Source of the DNA: Azolla caroliniana | Taxonomy: Eukaryota > Plantae > Polypodiophyta | Direction of reading: 5' to 3' | Assembly (NCBI GenBank): GCA_043228905.1 | Contig: JBHGNT010000010.1 | Coordinates: 11,966,001-12,030,000 of the forward strand | DNA length: 64,000 bases | Part shown: piece after piece, positions 40,096 to 52,422 of the stretch | Layout: each line of letters begins with the position of its first letter | Position numbering within the stretch: the first letter of the stretch is position 1 | Notes under the pieces: model-generated | The model's input: the letters and a program-made list of their open reading frames with translations, nothing else | Databases searched by the model: none | What the model was told of the DNA's origin: nothing | Made by a program: the position numbers and the translations under genes

Positions 40096-40505
40096 TGAAG
40101 CAACACATCTCTGTTGTAACCTCTTGTAGGAGAAGAAGATGAGCTCGGTTTTTGCATGAGAGTCTCATTGTATTGCCTCTCATAGTGAGTTGTTCTGAGT
40201 CTGTGGGCTCCCGTGGTTTTTACCCGGTTGGGGTTTTCCACACTAGTATCATGTGTCTCCTTTTTTCTAATTTTCTAATTTCTCTCCTTTTTTTGCTTGA
40301 ATCATTTTTCTGATTTTCTGTTTTCTCTCCTTTTTTTGCTTGAATCTCGGTTGTGGCCGAACCCTATTGTAAAACAAACTGGTATTAGAGCAAAGGTTCA
40401 TTACCTTCAAGAGAAAGAAATTGGAAGACACATTCAGGGGAATGTTCAATCTAACCGACTCCAACTACTTAGTATGGAAGTCGAAGATGAGAGACATGTT
40501 GGTAT
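39802..40505 (+). mobile_element. Copia 5' LTR, PBS and start of gag, truncated; LTR contains a (GT)n(GA)n microsatellite
   Basis: TGTTGGG start, TATA ~39964, PBS TGGTATTAGAGC at 40380, gag MFNLTDSNYLVWKSKMRDML. Confidence 0.7.
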
Positions 40506-43500
40506 CCATTCTGCTTAAAAAATCCGATACGGCGTGCTACGTACCTAGCCGATGCTGAATTACGAAGTCGAACTCCTAGAGCAACATCCATCTGGCCAGC
40601 TTCCCTGTCAATGCATGTTTCTCCACCAAGTATAGTAGTGTCACATGATCTACGTGAAACATAAATTTTCTCCCTAGCAAGTAATGCCAAAATTTGTTGC
40701 TATTGTATATGATTCCCAACGCCTCCCGTTCTGTTGTGGAGTAATTTCGTTCGGTAGTAGATAGCTTACGACTAGCATAATAGACTGGCCTATACCAATT
40801 CGGCTCTGTGAGCTTCATCAATGCGCTGCTGCCTATTGCTATATCTGAAGCATCCCCAAAGACATGGAAAGGTTTCACCCAATATGGTGGTTGTACGACC
40901 GGTGCCTGAGTTAACATTATCTTGAGTGCGTTGTAAGCTTTTTCTTCGATTGTCATCCACTTGAAAGGTGTGCGATGTACGACAGCGTGTAATGGGGTAA
41001 CGAAATCCGCCAAATACCATAACATATGGGTATGCCAATGTATTTTTCCTAGAAAACGGTTGAGTGTTTTGGTGGTAGTCGGAGTTTTTGCTTCAATGAT
41101 TGCCGTGATTTTCTTAGGATCCACCGTTATCCCCTCCTTGCTTACGATGTGGCCAAGGAGAGCTCCACTAGTGACACCGAATGCGCATTTTGTTGGATTC
41201 AAACATCATGACCACCGCGCACTAATACGCAACAGTTTCTATTATGTCAATTTCGAACAATGGAATGATCCGCGGGTGATCATCAAGATATGCCTCCAGC
41301 TCTGTATCATCTACTCCCTCCAGCATATTTATGTCTTCTGCATATAATGGCGTTATCCCCTGATTGTGCCGCCATTTCATGAGTGGGTACACAAACTTTG
41401 TTGCGTCCCCGTCTGAAACTGATACAGTTATGTTGCCAATTTTGTTTGACGTTTGCCGAACGTAGCCACGGTCTGCTAAGCAATATTGGGTACTCTCCCG
41501 GAGCGTCCAGTGCGAGTATTACTGCAGAGATGTCAAAACAATGGCTGCCAACGATAATGCCTAAATTTTGTATCAACTCTAAGGGCCTGATAGAACAGGT
41601 GTTTGCCACGCGGAGCCAGAAAGGGCAGGCTTCCCAATCATGCGCACATCTTTGTACTAATGACATTAACGCCAGATCCTCCATTGACTATACATCTCGA
41701 GATTTCCTGTCCTTGCAGTACCAACTGAATGGCTAGATTATGGTGATCCACTACTGATGGACCAGCACTAGTCTCCGCAAAATTTGCTGAGACATCTAAT
41801 CCTGGTGTGCCCTTGATGCGATTCTCCACGACCTGCTGGAATCGTGGAACCAATCGGAGGAGCTTCTCCATGGTCATTGTTATTTCACAGTCTGCTAGTG
41901 CTTGCCATATGGGATCCAATGATAATGTGTCCTCCTCCATTGGCAAACTATTGGTTGCAGACTCCTGCCTCATACGCTCCGTATTTGCCACATTTGCTAT
42001 TTTTACCCACGCTTGGGCTTCTTTGCGTATCTCATCTTGCACAGCCCAATCCGCGTTCTTTGCTTGTTTCCGTGTTGTGACCTGTTGGACTTCCGCCGTG
42101 ATCGTATTTACAGCGGGTTCCTTGCCTTTGCGATGTGGACACTGCGTTGCGTAATGTCCGGGTTGCTAGCATACGAAACAGTGGACACTGGTCTCACCTC
42201 TCTCTCCTCCTAGCGGTGTTGTCGCGACTGTCTCCGTGGGTATGGCTTGCTCCTCTCGATTTTGCTAAAGTCTCTTGTTATGTCGCGATGGTTGTCGGTA
42301 TTCCCGGTGTGGCTCCTGATGCTGCTCATCTGCCGAACTCTCGTCACAGTGACGTTGGTCCCTATATTGCCTATTGTGTGCATTTGGTCGCAGTCCATTG
42401 AATCCTCCGCGATTAGTGGACGAACGTCAATTGCCATAACGATGCCCTCCTTTATTATATCGGTTGGTATTCCGATAGTCTTCGTCCTCTTGTTCTTCCT
42501 CGTCGGAATAGAGGTTGTTGTTACGGTGATTACGGTACTGTCGCTCTTCGCGCTAATTCCGTTCCGCATATCTGAACCATTCCTCTTGTCGCCCTTGATC
42601 ATTCCTACGAGGTTGCCGTTGTGGTTCTATGTGTCACACAACTGTTGTAGGTCTGTTAAGCATGTTGTATTCTCATTGCTCCACCGTGTGTGCCCTTGAG
42701 TGACATATTAGACAATGAATTCTCATATTGCACTCTCCCGCGGAATGCCCTGAATTTAAACAGATTGTGCACTGTATAGCCTGGCGGAATCGATGTTCCT
42801 CGTCCTAAGGCAACGCCTGTCGTAACGATGACATGGACAAGCCCTCGTCTTCTTCCTCTAATTCGAGTTGTAATGCTCGCTCGATAACCATATCCGTTGT
42901 TTCCCCTTTCACACTATGCGTGTTAAGCGTCGCCCGGATAGGTCATTGTAAAGTTGCCAAAAACGTCTCTTTAGCCTCTTTGTCTGTTGGGGCTCATGTA
43001 AGTTGCCACCGTAGGCTCTGGAAACGTAGGTTGAAATCCGCTACGGATTCTATTGGCAATTGCTTAATGGTGTAGAATTGCTCGATGATCTCACGTTGTG
43101 GTACCCTCCGATGAAAAAACCGCCAAAATGCTGATTGCAATTGATCGAAGGTTGTCATTGTTGTCAGGTCCATCTGAGAATGCTAACACGCCACTCTACC
43201 ATCTAGAGTTAGCCCGAACTCTACGATCTTCGATTTGTGCGCTTCTGCTGCTGGAAACCAATGCGCCATATGATTAGCTTTGCAAACATTCAGGAATAGC
43301 CGGATGTGGCTTGAAGCATCTGTTTAGCCGTTGAAGCGTGGGTAGGAGAAAGCCATTCTGGACGCTATGGTGATTGTCGGCAGGGGAATACTATGGTTTT
43401 CGTGTGGTGACAGGGCTTCCTGGTTGACGTCGCGGTGTTCGGTGAGCGTGGGGTCGATCGTGAACTCTTGAAAGGAAACACCGTGGTTGTTGAGACGAGG

Positions 43501-44080
43501 TTTCCGCTTAGCGCGTTGTTCTGTCTGGCGAGTGATAGACCTTGTCAGTGGTCGATCTTGTCAGGTCGGTTCTCTGGGTCGTCTATGGCTAGACATCCAT
43601 TCCTTGTTGCTCGTCTGCGAGGAATCATAGATCACCAAGCGTGCCAAAAGTGTTACCGATTAGGAACACTGTCTACGCTCAGTCCTTCGGGGTAGACTTC
43701 AAGGTGATTGTGTTTACAAGGAACAGGTCCATGTTGGGCGTGAGTTGTAACAGGATACTAAGCAAACGTATCGTCTGGGTGTGAAGGGGAGAACGCACTT
43801 TCACTATGCTTACGACTCACTATTACAAATCAGAATGCAGCACCAAGATAGTAGACTACTTACACAAACAGATAAGGAGATCAGAGAAGATAGGATTCTA
43901 TTTCAAAAGCTTCACTCCCAAAAATTACACACACTCTTACAAAGGATTTCTGCCCTTTATATACACAGGGCTTTTAGTTGATCACGCTCTTCGTGTGAAC
44001 CGTTACATACATTTCCTAACGCTTCTAATATATTTTATATTTTATATTTTACGCACCATGTCCAACGGTTACAATTTCGA
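40506..44080 (-). mobile_element. Degenerate non-chromovirus Gypsy related to the 1-2712 element; most of RT deleted
   Basis: LTR end ...GAAGGACTGAGCGTAGACAGTG..GGTAACA (43651) matches the end of LTR 2212-2712. PBS TGGCACGC.... Protease IVNGGSGVNVI joined directly to LNPTKCAFGV and RNase H FHVFGDASDIAIG, YSTTEREALG. Confidence 0.8.
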
Positions 44081-45530
44081 CAGACAACACTCACCATTAT
44101 TAGAAGATTTTGAAGGGTTTATTAAAGAGTTCCAAGCCAACTTTGGAGACACCAATAGTATGAGGACCGCAATAAACAAAATTCGACGATTACGACAAGG
44201 AGATCATCCTGCATCTGCTTATGCTGCAGATTTTCGCCTTCTAGCATGTGATATTCCATGGGACGAGGCGGCGTCAATGGACCAATTTCATCAAGGTCTG
44301 CGCAATGATGTGAAGGATTTATTTCTTACCTTCCATGATGATGCAAAATCTCTTATTGAAGCAATAAGCCGGGTTGTGCGATGTGACAATCGCTTATTTG
44401 AACGGGGTTCTGAACGCCAACAAATGTTACACTTCCGACCAGTAGAAACATATGCTTTGGTGGCCGCAACTCCACCCCAAGTATCAAAGTCAAGTTTGGT
44501 GGAAGGCCCTACTCCAATGGAAATCGAGACAACACAACGTCGAGGACCATTATCGGAGGCCGAAAAACAACGACGTCGAGTGAATCGTCTATGCCTCTAT
44601 TGTGGTGGTCCAAGGCATATTGTTGTGAATTGTCCACATAAACCACGACGACAAGTTAACCAAGTGCCCATGACAACCCCATTTCAATTTTTGTCCCGCC
44701 TTCTCGTAACCCAAGTAAGCCTAGTAGCCCCTGTCATAAAAATACATTTGATGTCTTCAGCCAATTAGATGATGTGTTAAACGAGCAAGTCCGGCCAAAA
44801 TCAGAGCCATTTGGTTGGATAGCCCTAGGCATATAATGTCTATCCCTAGTCGTGGTTCCATTTCATCCGGTCAAGTTAGTCGCGTTTTCTTTGCACAAGT
44901 TGAGCTTAACACATCTAGGTGTCATCGAGTCCCAGCTTTTGCCCTCTTAGACTATGGAGCCAACTCATGTTTCATGGATCGTGAGTTCGTTGTAATGCAT
45001 AATATTTAGTTGCATAAGCTCCGAAGCCCAGTGTCTGTCGGAGTCATTGATGGACGCCCCATAGCATCAAGTGATATAGTTGAGGAGTCTGAACCAATTT
45101 GTGTAGTCCTAAGCAATTTGACTAATGTCATCTCGTTCAACATCATTAATAGTCCAGAGCACTCCCTAGTTCTTAGTCTTCCATGGTTTGAGCTACATAA
45201 CCCAACTATTGATTGGAGAAAAAGAACCATTGAAGAGATCTTAGAACAGTCTGAGTCTCTTAATACTCCAACAAGGGATATGAGATTCCAAAAGATTTCG
45301 ACAATATCTATACATCAGTTATGTGAGGAAGGACGGAAGGAAGACATGTTTGTGTTTGCAGTTTTAGCAACTCCCACATCGAGCTCACAAGAATTGGGGG
45401 TTCAACTACCGACGAAATATATAGAATTCTCGGATGTGTTTGATAAGGTGAAGGCCAATACACTACCAGAGCTTCGACTATATGATTGCCCCGATTGATT
45501 TGCAGCTCGGAAAAGAGCCTCCATGAGGGC

Positions 45531-45999
45531 TGTCAAGACTGAGAGAGAGAGAGAGAGAGAAAGAGATAGAGAGATAATTGAAAGAGAATTATTATATTGA
45601 AGCGTAAAATGGATTACAAAGAATAGGCTACAAAATGGTGTTGAACCAATTTAGGTTTGGGATGGGTAGTAAATCCCTATTTATAAGTAATAGAGAACAC
45701 TCTAGAATATTCTAGGTTATCCTAGAATGTAGAGTAATCTAGAAGATCTCTAGAGTATTCTAGAAGGTTCTAGTGGTATAGAACACTCTAGAATATTCTA
45801 GGTCATTCTAGAATATAGAGTAATATAGAATATTCCTATGATATTAGATTTCATATTCTAGAGACTATACATATAAGAATATTAATACAATGGTTAAGGA
45901 TTTGACATGTGTACAACAAGGTCGTGGGTTCAAATCCTTTCGAGTCATAATGTGAGTGTCATGATCCTTTCAATGCATGATGTGACTGTTATCATGACA
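45531..45999 (-). mobile_element. Solo LTR K inserted in J pol
   Basis: TG...CA termini, TSD AGGGC at 45526-45530 and 46000-46004, TCTAGA arrays like the J LTR. Confidence 0.9.
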
Positions 46000-48900
46000 A
46001 GGGCTAGTTTATAACCTTTCGCCCACGGAGCTAGAGGTTCTTCAGGAATATATCGATGAGAACTTGGCAAATGGGTTTGTCCAACATTCAAGATTTCCTG
46101 CCGGTGCACCCATATTTTTCGTTAAGAAGAAAGATTTTTCACTTCGTCTGGTCGTGGATTATCGGGGATTGAATAAAGTAACTATTCGAAACCGATATGC
46201 TCTACCATTTATTTCACGCCTTCTGGAACGCCTCAACGGAGCTAAATATTTCACAAAGTTAGATCTTCGAGGTGCATACAACCTTGTTCAAATTCGTCAT
46301 GGGGATGAATGGAAGATTGCTTTCTGTACTCATTATGGCCATTTTGAGTATACAGTGATGCCATTTGGTCTCATGAATGCACCAACAGTTTTCCAACAAA
46401 TGGCGAATGACATTTTTCGAGATTTCCTCGATATTTTCATCATAGTTTACCTGGATGATATCTTGATCTACTCAAAAACTCAAGAGGAGCATGATATACA
46501 TGTTCGACAAGTTTTGCAACAGTTGCGTGAATATGGTCTCTATGCAAAATTGGAGAAGTGTAGTTTCGACCAGCGTCAAGTGGAATTTTTGGGGTACATA
46601 ATCTCTTCACATGGCATCTCTATGGATCCAGCAAAGGTTCAAACAATTTTGGATTGGCAAACACCACAATCTGTGCAAGATGTACAATTTTTTTGGGGTT
46701 CGCAAACTTTTATCACAAGTTCATCAAAGATTGTTCAAAGATCGTATTGCCCTTCACTCAACTAACACAAAAGAATCAACCATTTGTGTGAAGGACAAAT
46801 GCAAACTCTACATTTGAAGGTTTAAAGAAAGCATTTTTATCTGCACCAATTTTGATGCATGTTGATCCACTTATGCGCGTTATACTCGAAGCTAATGCAT
46901 CCGACTTTGCACTAGGAAGCGTACTATCCCAGATTGGCAATGATGGTCAACTGCACCCTGTGGCTTTTCACTCACGGAAATTTGAAGTTGCAAAAATCAA
47001 TTATGAGATCCACGACAAAGAGCTTCTTGCCATTGTGGATTCTTTACAACAATGACGTCATTTTTTGGAGGATTCTTCTCAATAGATCGTTGTCTACAAT
47101 GATCACAAAAATCTAACGTACTTCCAAAGTGCTGGAGTCTTGAGTCGTCAACAAGCTCGTTGGGTGCAGTTCTTAACTCGTTTTGATTTCATAATTCTAT
47201 ATTCCCCTGGGATGCAACAAGGAAAAGCAGATGTTTTATCTCGGTGTTCGTATATGGAGCTTCAACCAGGAGAGTCCGTATTTGAAAGTCAGAAGCAAAT
47301 CCTCTTGGGTCCTGACCATCTATGACTAATGGCATTTCATGCTATAGACACACACGAAGATTCAAGTCTTCTAGACTCCATTCGGGGGCATATTGAGATT
47401 CATGAATTCGCCCAAGACATTCTGAACCATATTATCCCAAATCGTGCTTCTTGTTCTCAATCTCAAAATCCTCATCAAGACTACAACTAGTTCAGTTGGC
47501 ATGATGGTTTACTTTTTCGACAAAATCTCTTGTATGTGTCTGACAATCCTTCTCGATTCCAAGTCTTGCAACAATGTCATGACACACGAATGGTTGGACA
47601 TTTCGGCATCCACAAGACTTTAACGTTAACTTCTCGAAGGTATTGATGGCCATGACTTCGCCATTTTGTTACGCATTATGTTTGTAGTTGTGATACATGT
47701 TGCCAATCCAAAAAACCTTGAGATCATCCATATGGCTTATTACAACCAATGCCTATTCCTAACAGTCCATGGAAATCTATTTCATTGGACTTCATTACGG
47801 ATCTACCACCTTCCAAGGGTTTTGATTCTATTCTCACGATAGTACATCGTTTTACGAAGATGGCACATTTTCTTCCTTGCACGAAGGCCATTATGAGCCA
47901 AGAGACAATCGAGCTACTCATGCGAGAGGTGTTTCGGCATCATGGTCTTCCCGATGATATTATCAGTGATTGGGGTTCCCAGTACATATCAAAATTTTGG
48001 CGGCACATGTTCAAACTCTTACATACTTCTTGTAAACTCTCTTCTAGCTACCATCCAGAAACTAACGGGCAGAGTGAGCGCACCAACCAAATAGTAGAGC
48101 AATATCTTCGTTGTTTTGTCAACTATCAACAAGATGATTGGCCTGATCTATTACATTTGGCGGAATTTGCTAACAACAACTCAGAACATTCTTCTACTAG
48201 GTACTCCCCATTTTTTGCGAACATTGGGTACCATCCTTATTGGACTATGTTTTAACATCCTGAACTCCCAACAAACCCGATTGTTGAAGATCAGCTCACC
48301 CCGACTCCAAGAAATTCAGGATATCCTTTTGCACCATTTATGTGATGCTCAAAACACTCAAAGGAAGGTTGTCGACCGTCATCGATGTGATTCATCAACT
48401 ACATTTCAAGTGGGAGATCAAGTATGGCTCTTACAATGTCACATTAAAACAACCCGACCTTGCTCCAAATTGGATTATCAATGTTTGGCCCATATGTGAT
48501 ATCTAGTAAGATCAATGATGTGGCATTTCGCCTTGATCTTCCTCATATGCGTCTTCACCCAGTCTTCCATGTTTCACTGTTGGAGCCCTACACAACCAGC
48601 TCTATTCCAGGTCATCTTACATCTCCCCCACCTCCAATCGAAGTTTCAGATGACTCTGAATATGAAGTTGTTGCCATTCTCGACTCCAAGATTGTTCACA
48701 AGAAATTGTATTATTTGGTTGACTGGTTAGGTTATACACCTAATGATCGAACATGGGAACCTCTCGAGAATTTTGCTAATGCCTCCGAAATGGTTGTTGC
48801 ATTTCACAACAAACATCCCCATAAACCAAGTTTGAAATCTTGTCTTCTGACTCGTGGAACTCATCGTCGAAAACGGGGGATAATGTCATGAAGACATACA

Positions 48901-49009
48901 TTTTGGACTTACAACCCATGGCGTCTTGGTCTATATGTTAGACCGTTAACCATTATAATAACATATATAATGTCTAGTTATAATAAATATATTATTAGTT
49001 ATTACAAGA

Positions 49010-49120
49010 TATTTAGAGTATTCTAGAACATTCTAGACTATTCCATGATTATATTAAATATCATAAATATCTAAAATATTCTAGAACATTCTAGAATACT
49101 CCATAAGGACCTATAAATAG
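49010..49120 (+). promoter_or_regulatory. Heat-shock-element array plus TATA box in the J LTR
   Basis: TTCTAGAACATTC at 49021 and TTCTAGAACATTCTAGAA at 49079-49096 (alternating nGAAn/nTTCn units), CTATAAATAG at 49111. Confidence 0.65.
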
Positions 49121-49228
49121 GTGTCTATTCATTCATGACAACTCGTTCGGTTCAACACCAGTCTTTAACCTTTAGCCTACTCTTTGTGACCTTGTTTTCT
49201 CATAATATAATCTCATTTCCATTTCTTG

Positions 49229-49266
<38 letters not shown>

Positions 49267-49339
49267 CGTGCGCGCGCACACGCACACGCACACGCACCCG
49301 CGCGCGCGAGTCATGACATTTACGCACAGGCACACGGAT

Positions 49340-49612
49340 TCGACTATGAGTAGACCTTTCTTGGCATTCGAAGATTACTCAGTATCTTCACCAAATCAAC
49401 TTCTGAATGTCAAAATCGGAGACCCCCCTCTACATAAGAAGTGATTCTGAAAGCCCGATTTTCATCATCCTATACGTGGATGATCTGGTCATTGGAGGTG
49501 AGCATCTAGTCAACATTAACAAGGTCAAGTCCCTCCTCTCCGGCAAATTCGAGATGATGTACATGAAAGAGCTCCATTACTTCCTCGGCATAGAAGTAAT
49601 TCGGACACCAAT
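49340..49612 (+). pseudogene. Copia RT fragment
   Basis: IILYVDDLVIGG and KELHYFLGIEVIRTP. Confidence 0.8.
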
Positions 49613-50979
49613 AGCCAAAAACTCGTCGACCAAAACTCCATCGGTCTTCTCTTCTATCGTCTATCAGAAATCCCTCGATCAGAACACTTCTCTTCAATCA
49701 ATAACTTTGATTGGAAGTCACTTGACAGAAACCTTCCCGTTCAGTCAGTACATCTCACGAACACTAGTCGTTGCGAATGGATCACACACCAATCAACACA
49801 TTCACTTCGGCATTATCTTTGGGTTGTAAAATAATACTATGATTGAATCACACACCAATCAACATATTCACTTTTTAGTCTTAAAATGAGGTTGGGTGTG
49901 TATGTGTTTTTTTCTTTTTCATTCATTCATGTGAGTAGCCTCGTGTTGGAGACCTACCCTCCAAAAAAGCGGTGCTAGCTATATCATGAAACCTGAAGAA
50001 TAGTGTGCTTGCCAAGCCATTTCATCTCGAGATCCAGCCGACCATAGAGAATGAGAACAAAGAGCTTGACATCCCCAAGGAGTAACCGAAAGGGGTTACC
50101 ATGGTGGGAGGTGTGGGAAGAGTTCGCTTTGATATGGAGGATCAAGGAGAAGGACATGGTATACACAAATACAGGGGTAAAGAAGAGGAGCCACCACCAG
50201 AAGAGAAGGGATACCACCACAATTGTAGCACCATGCCACAGAGGTGCCACCACCCCGTGTGTTATGGGCATGACCATATAATATCCCGTGGTGAGAATTG
50301 TCGTAGTATTCTATACACGTGGATAAGTGTGAGGGTTAAACAAAGAGTCTAAAGAAGGGGAGGATTACTTTTAATCCTCGGGATTGAGACAACCCATGAG
50401 GCCAAGTGTGAACATGGCTGGGGGCCTTGAGAATTACTATAAATAAGAGGCCTAGCTACCCTCATTTGGGCATGCATTGACTACGTCGAGACTCTGTCCG
50501 TGAGTGGAACGACTCTTGTAGCAAGCACGCTATCGTCCAAGTACGACTCGACGCCAAGGCGGTGGTATGGGACGCCGATCGAGGCTCGAGTCCGTCTCGA
50601 TCCCTTTGCTCGGGGGTGGTCGGGTGGATCGGCACCCTTCTTTCTCTCTTTTCTCTCTATTCTTTCTAGATCTATCATTGATATATCCTTATTTTATGCT
50701 TACTTTAGTACCTAATCTCTAATATTTGGTATCAGAGCCTATGTACTAACATTTCTTTTGGTTTTCTTTTTGTCTTCGCGTGGGATGGCGATTGATCGTT
50801 GTGCGGTCGCCTTCATGCAGACAAGGATTAGCGAAAGAACTTCGGTAAATTTTCCTTAATTTTTTATCTAATTTTTCTTCTCCCTTCTATACATGTGTAT
50901 ACTTAATATGTAGTTTTTTTTTTCATATAATCAATGATGTTGACGTGGTATTTAATTGGTTATCTTAAACGTTTACATA

Positions 50980-51250
50980 TGTCCACGAGGTCAATACCTC
51001 GTTTGACATATAAATCATATGTGATGAGTGTCGTATGCGTACGAGGTTACTACCTCAATTGCGTATTACATTCACGAACATATGTTACGTTCGCGTACGA
51101 GGTCAATACCTCGATTCGTTCGAAATGATATGCGTTGGATTTACTATGCGTAAGAGGTCAATACCTCAATTGCGAATTACGCTTAACCTTATTTTCGGAT
51201 GTTTCGTGTGCGTAGAGGTATATGCCTCGATTACGTATCCCGAATACATC
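50980..51250 (+). repeat. Five hairpin repeats with dissimilar spacers in the G leader
   Basis: Core GAGGT-N4-(A/G)CCTC starting at 50987, 51043, 51099, 51154 and 51215 (spacing 56, 56, 55, 61). Confidence 0.8.
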
Positions 51251-52422
51251 ATTGTTGGCTATATAAAAAAAACGATTCATTTAGTATACGCATATGTGGT
51301 CACTTATATACGTCTCTGATCGTATATATGTGATATATTGACATATGTGTATATTTTAGATTACGTGATTCATATCAAATGTTTTCCTAATTGGGGAGAG
51401 GATTTTGGTGGCCGTCCTCACATTTTTGTGAGAATGGCGTTGTCACCATCCCTTTTATCAACAATTTTTATTGTTGAAATTCCCGTTGGTCACTTTGATC
51501 TTTCGTTACGTAACGAACCTCGTATAGCCAAAATGATGTTGAATACGTCGGGCTTGATCCACATCAAGTAGGGTCGCTCTAATGACACACGTATCCAACA
51601 TCTCCCCTCGTTACATGGATACGATGCCACCATGAGCTCGTTCTTACGAGCGCCATTCGTAATGACGTGACCATGTGATGGGCCACATGAGCCTACGAAG
51701 ACACAAGGGCTCATTCGGCTTGACCATTAGGTTACACTTTGGCATATGCCATTGTACTTACGAGGCTTGAGGGTAGGTAGCGTACAACCATAGTGGGTAA
51801 TAAATGAGGGAGAAATAAGGCCACTTGACCTATATGTTTCTTTTAAAAAAAACATATAGGGGCAAATGCCTCGCATATCTCGAATACGCCTCAAACATTA
51901 AACATTCAAGACGCGCAATCTACTTGGTTGGCTCAAGTGTTTAATGTATTTGTCCTCGAGGTCTCGAGTTCAAATATGACCAACACCATACAACATCGTT
52001 GATACATATGACTATAATACATGTTTAGACTTTAGGTCTAAGTGCACTTCGGGGTCCTCGTAATAGGACTTAAAGAGCCGAAACCACATATGTGGGCACA
52101 GAAACATAGTTATTGTTAACATTTTTTTCGTGTATAAACTATTCATGACGCGAACATACATGGTTGAGCCTCGGGGAGCCGCCATGAAAAAAATCGATAT
52201 AGGGATCAGGGAAAGGCATTCATTTGTCACCCCCATGGTTTTTAAAACACCTCTGTGTTACCATAGTAACCTGATCTTGAACCTCATCTCATACGTCTAG
52301 AGGGGTATTGACGTGAGATCATGATATCGATGAATGTTTGCCCATGATATGTTTACACCACGACAAGATGTTATGACTATTTGTCTGACCTTATCTTATT
52401 TCTTTGCCAGAAATAATCATTC

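Larger units (their letters stand above)
44081..49318 (+). mobile_element. 5'-truncated chromovirus J (Tcn1/Tf2-like), 3' LTR 48884-49318
   Basis: Gag GPTPMEIE and CLYCGGPRHIVVNC, protease [23 protein letters not shown] and [10 protein letters not shown], integrase SISLDFITDLP, chromodomain EYEVVAILDSK..YYLVDWLGY..TWEP, PPT AAACGGGGGA. Confidence 0.9.

Noticed and set aside
43806-44768. 320-aa ORF as a real gene
   Set aside because: Chance fusion of antisense LTR sequence (to ~44080) with the truncated gag of J.
50980-51250. CRISPR array
   Set aside because: Repeats are degenerate, lie inside a plant retrotransposon leader and have no cas genes nearby. Kept only as a hairpin array.
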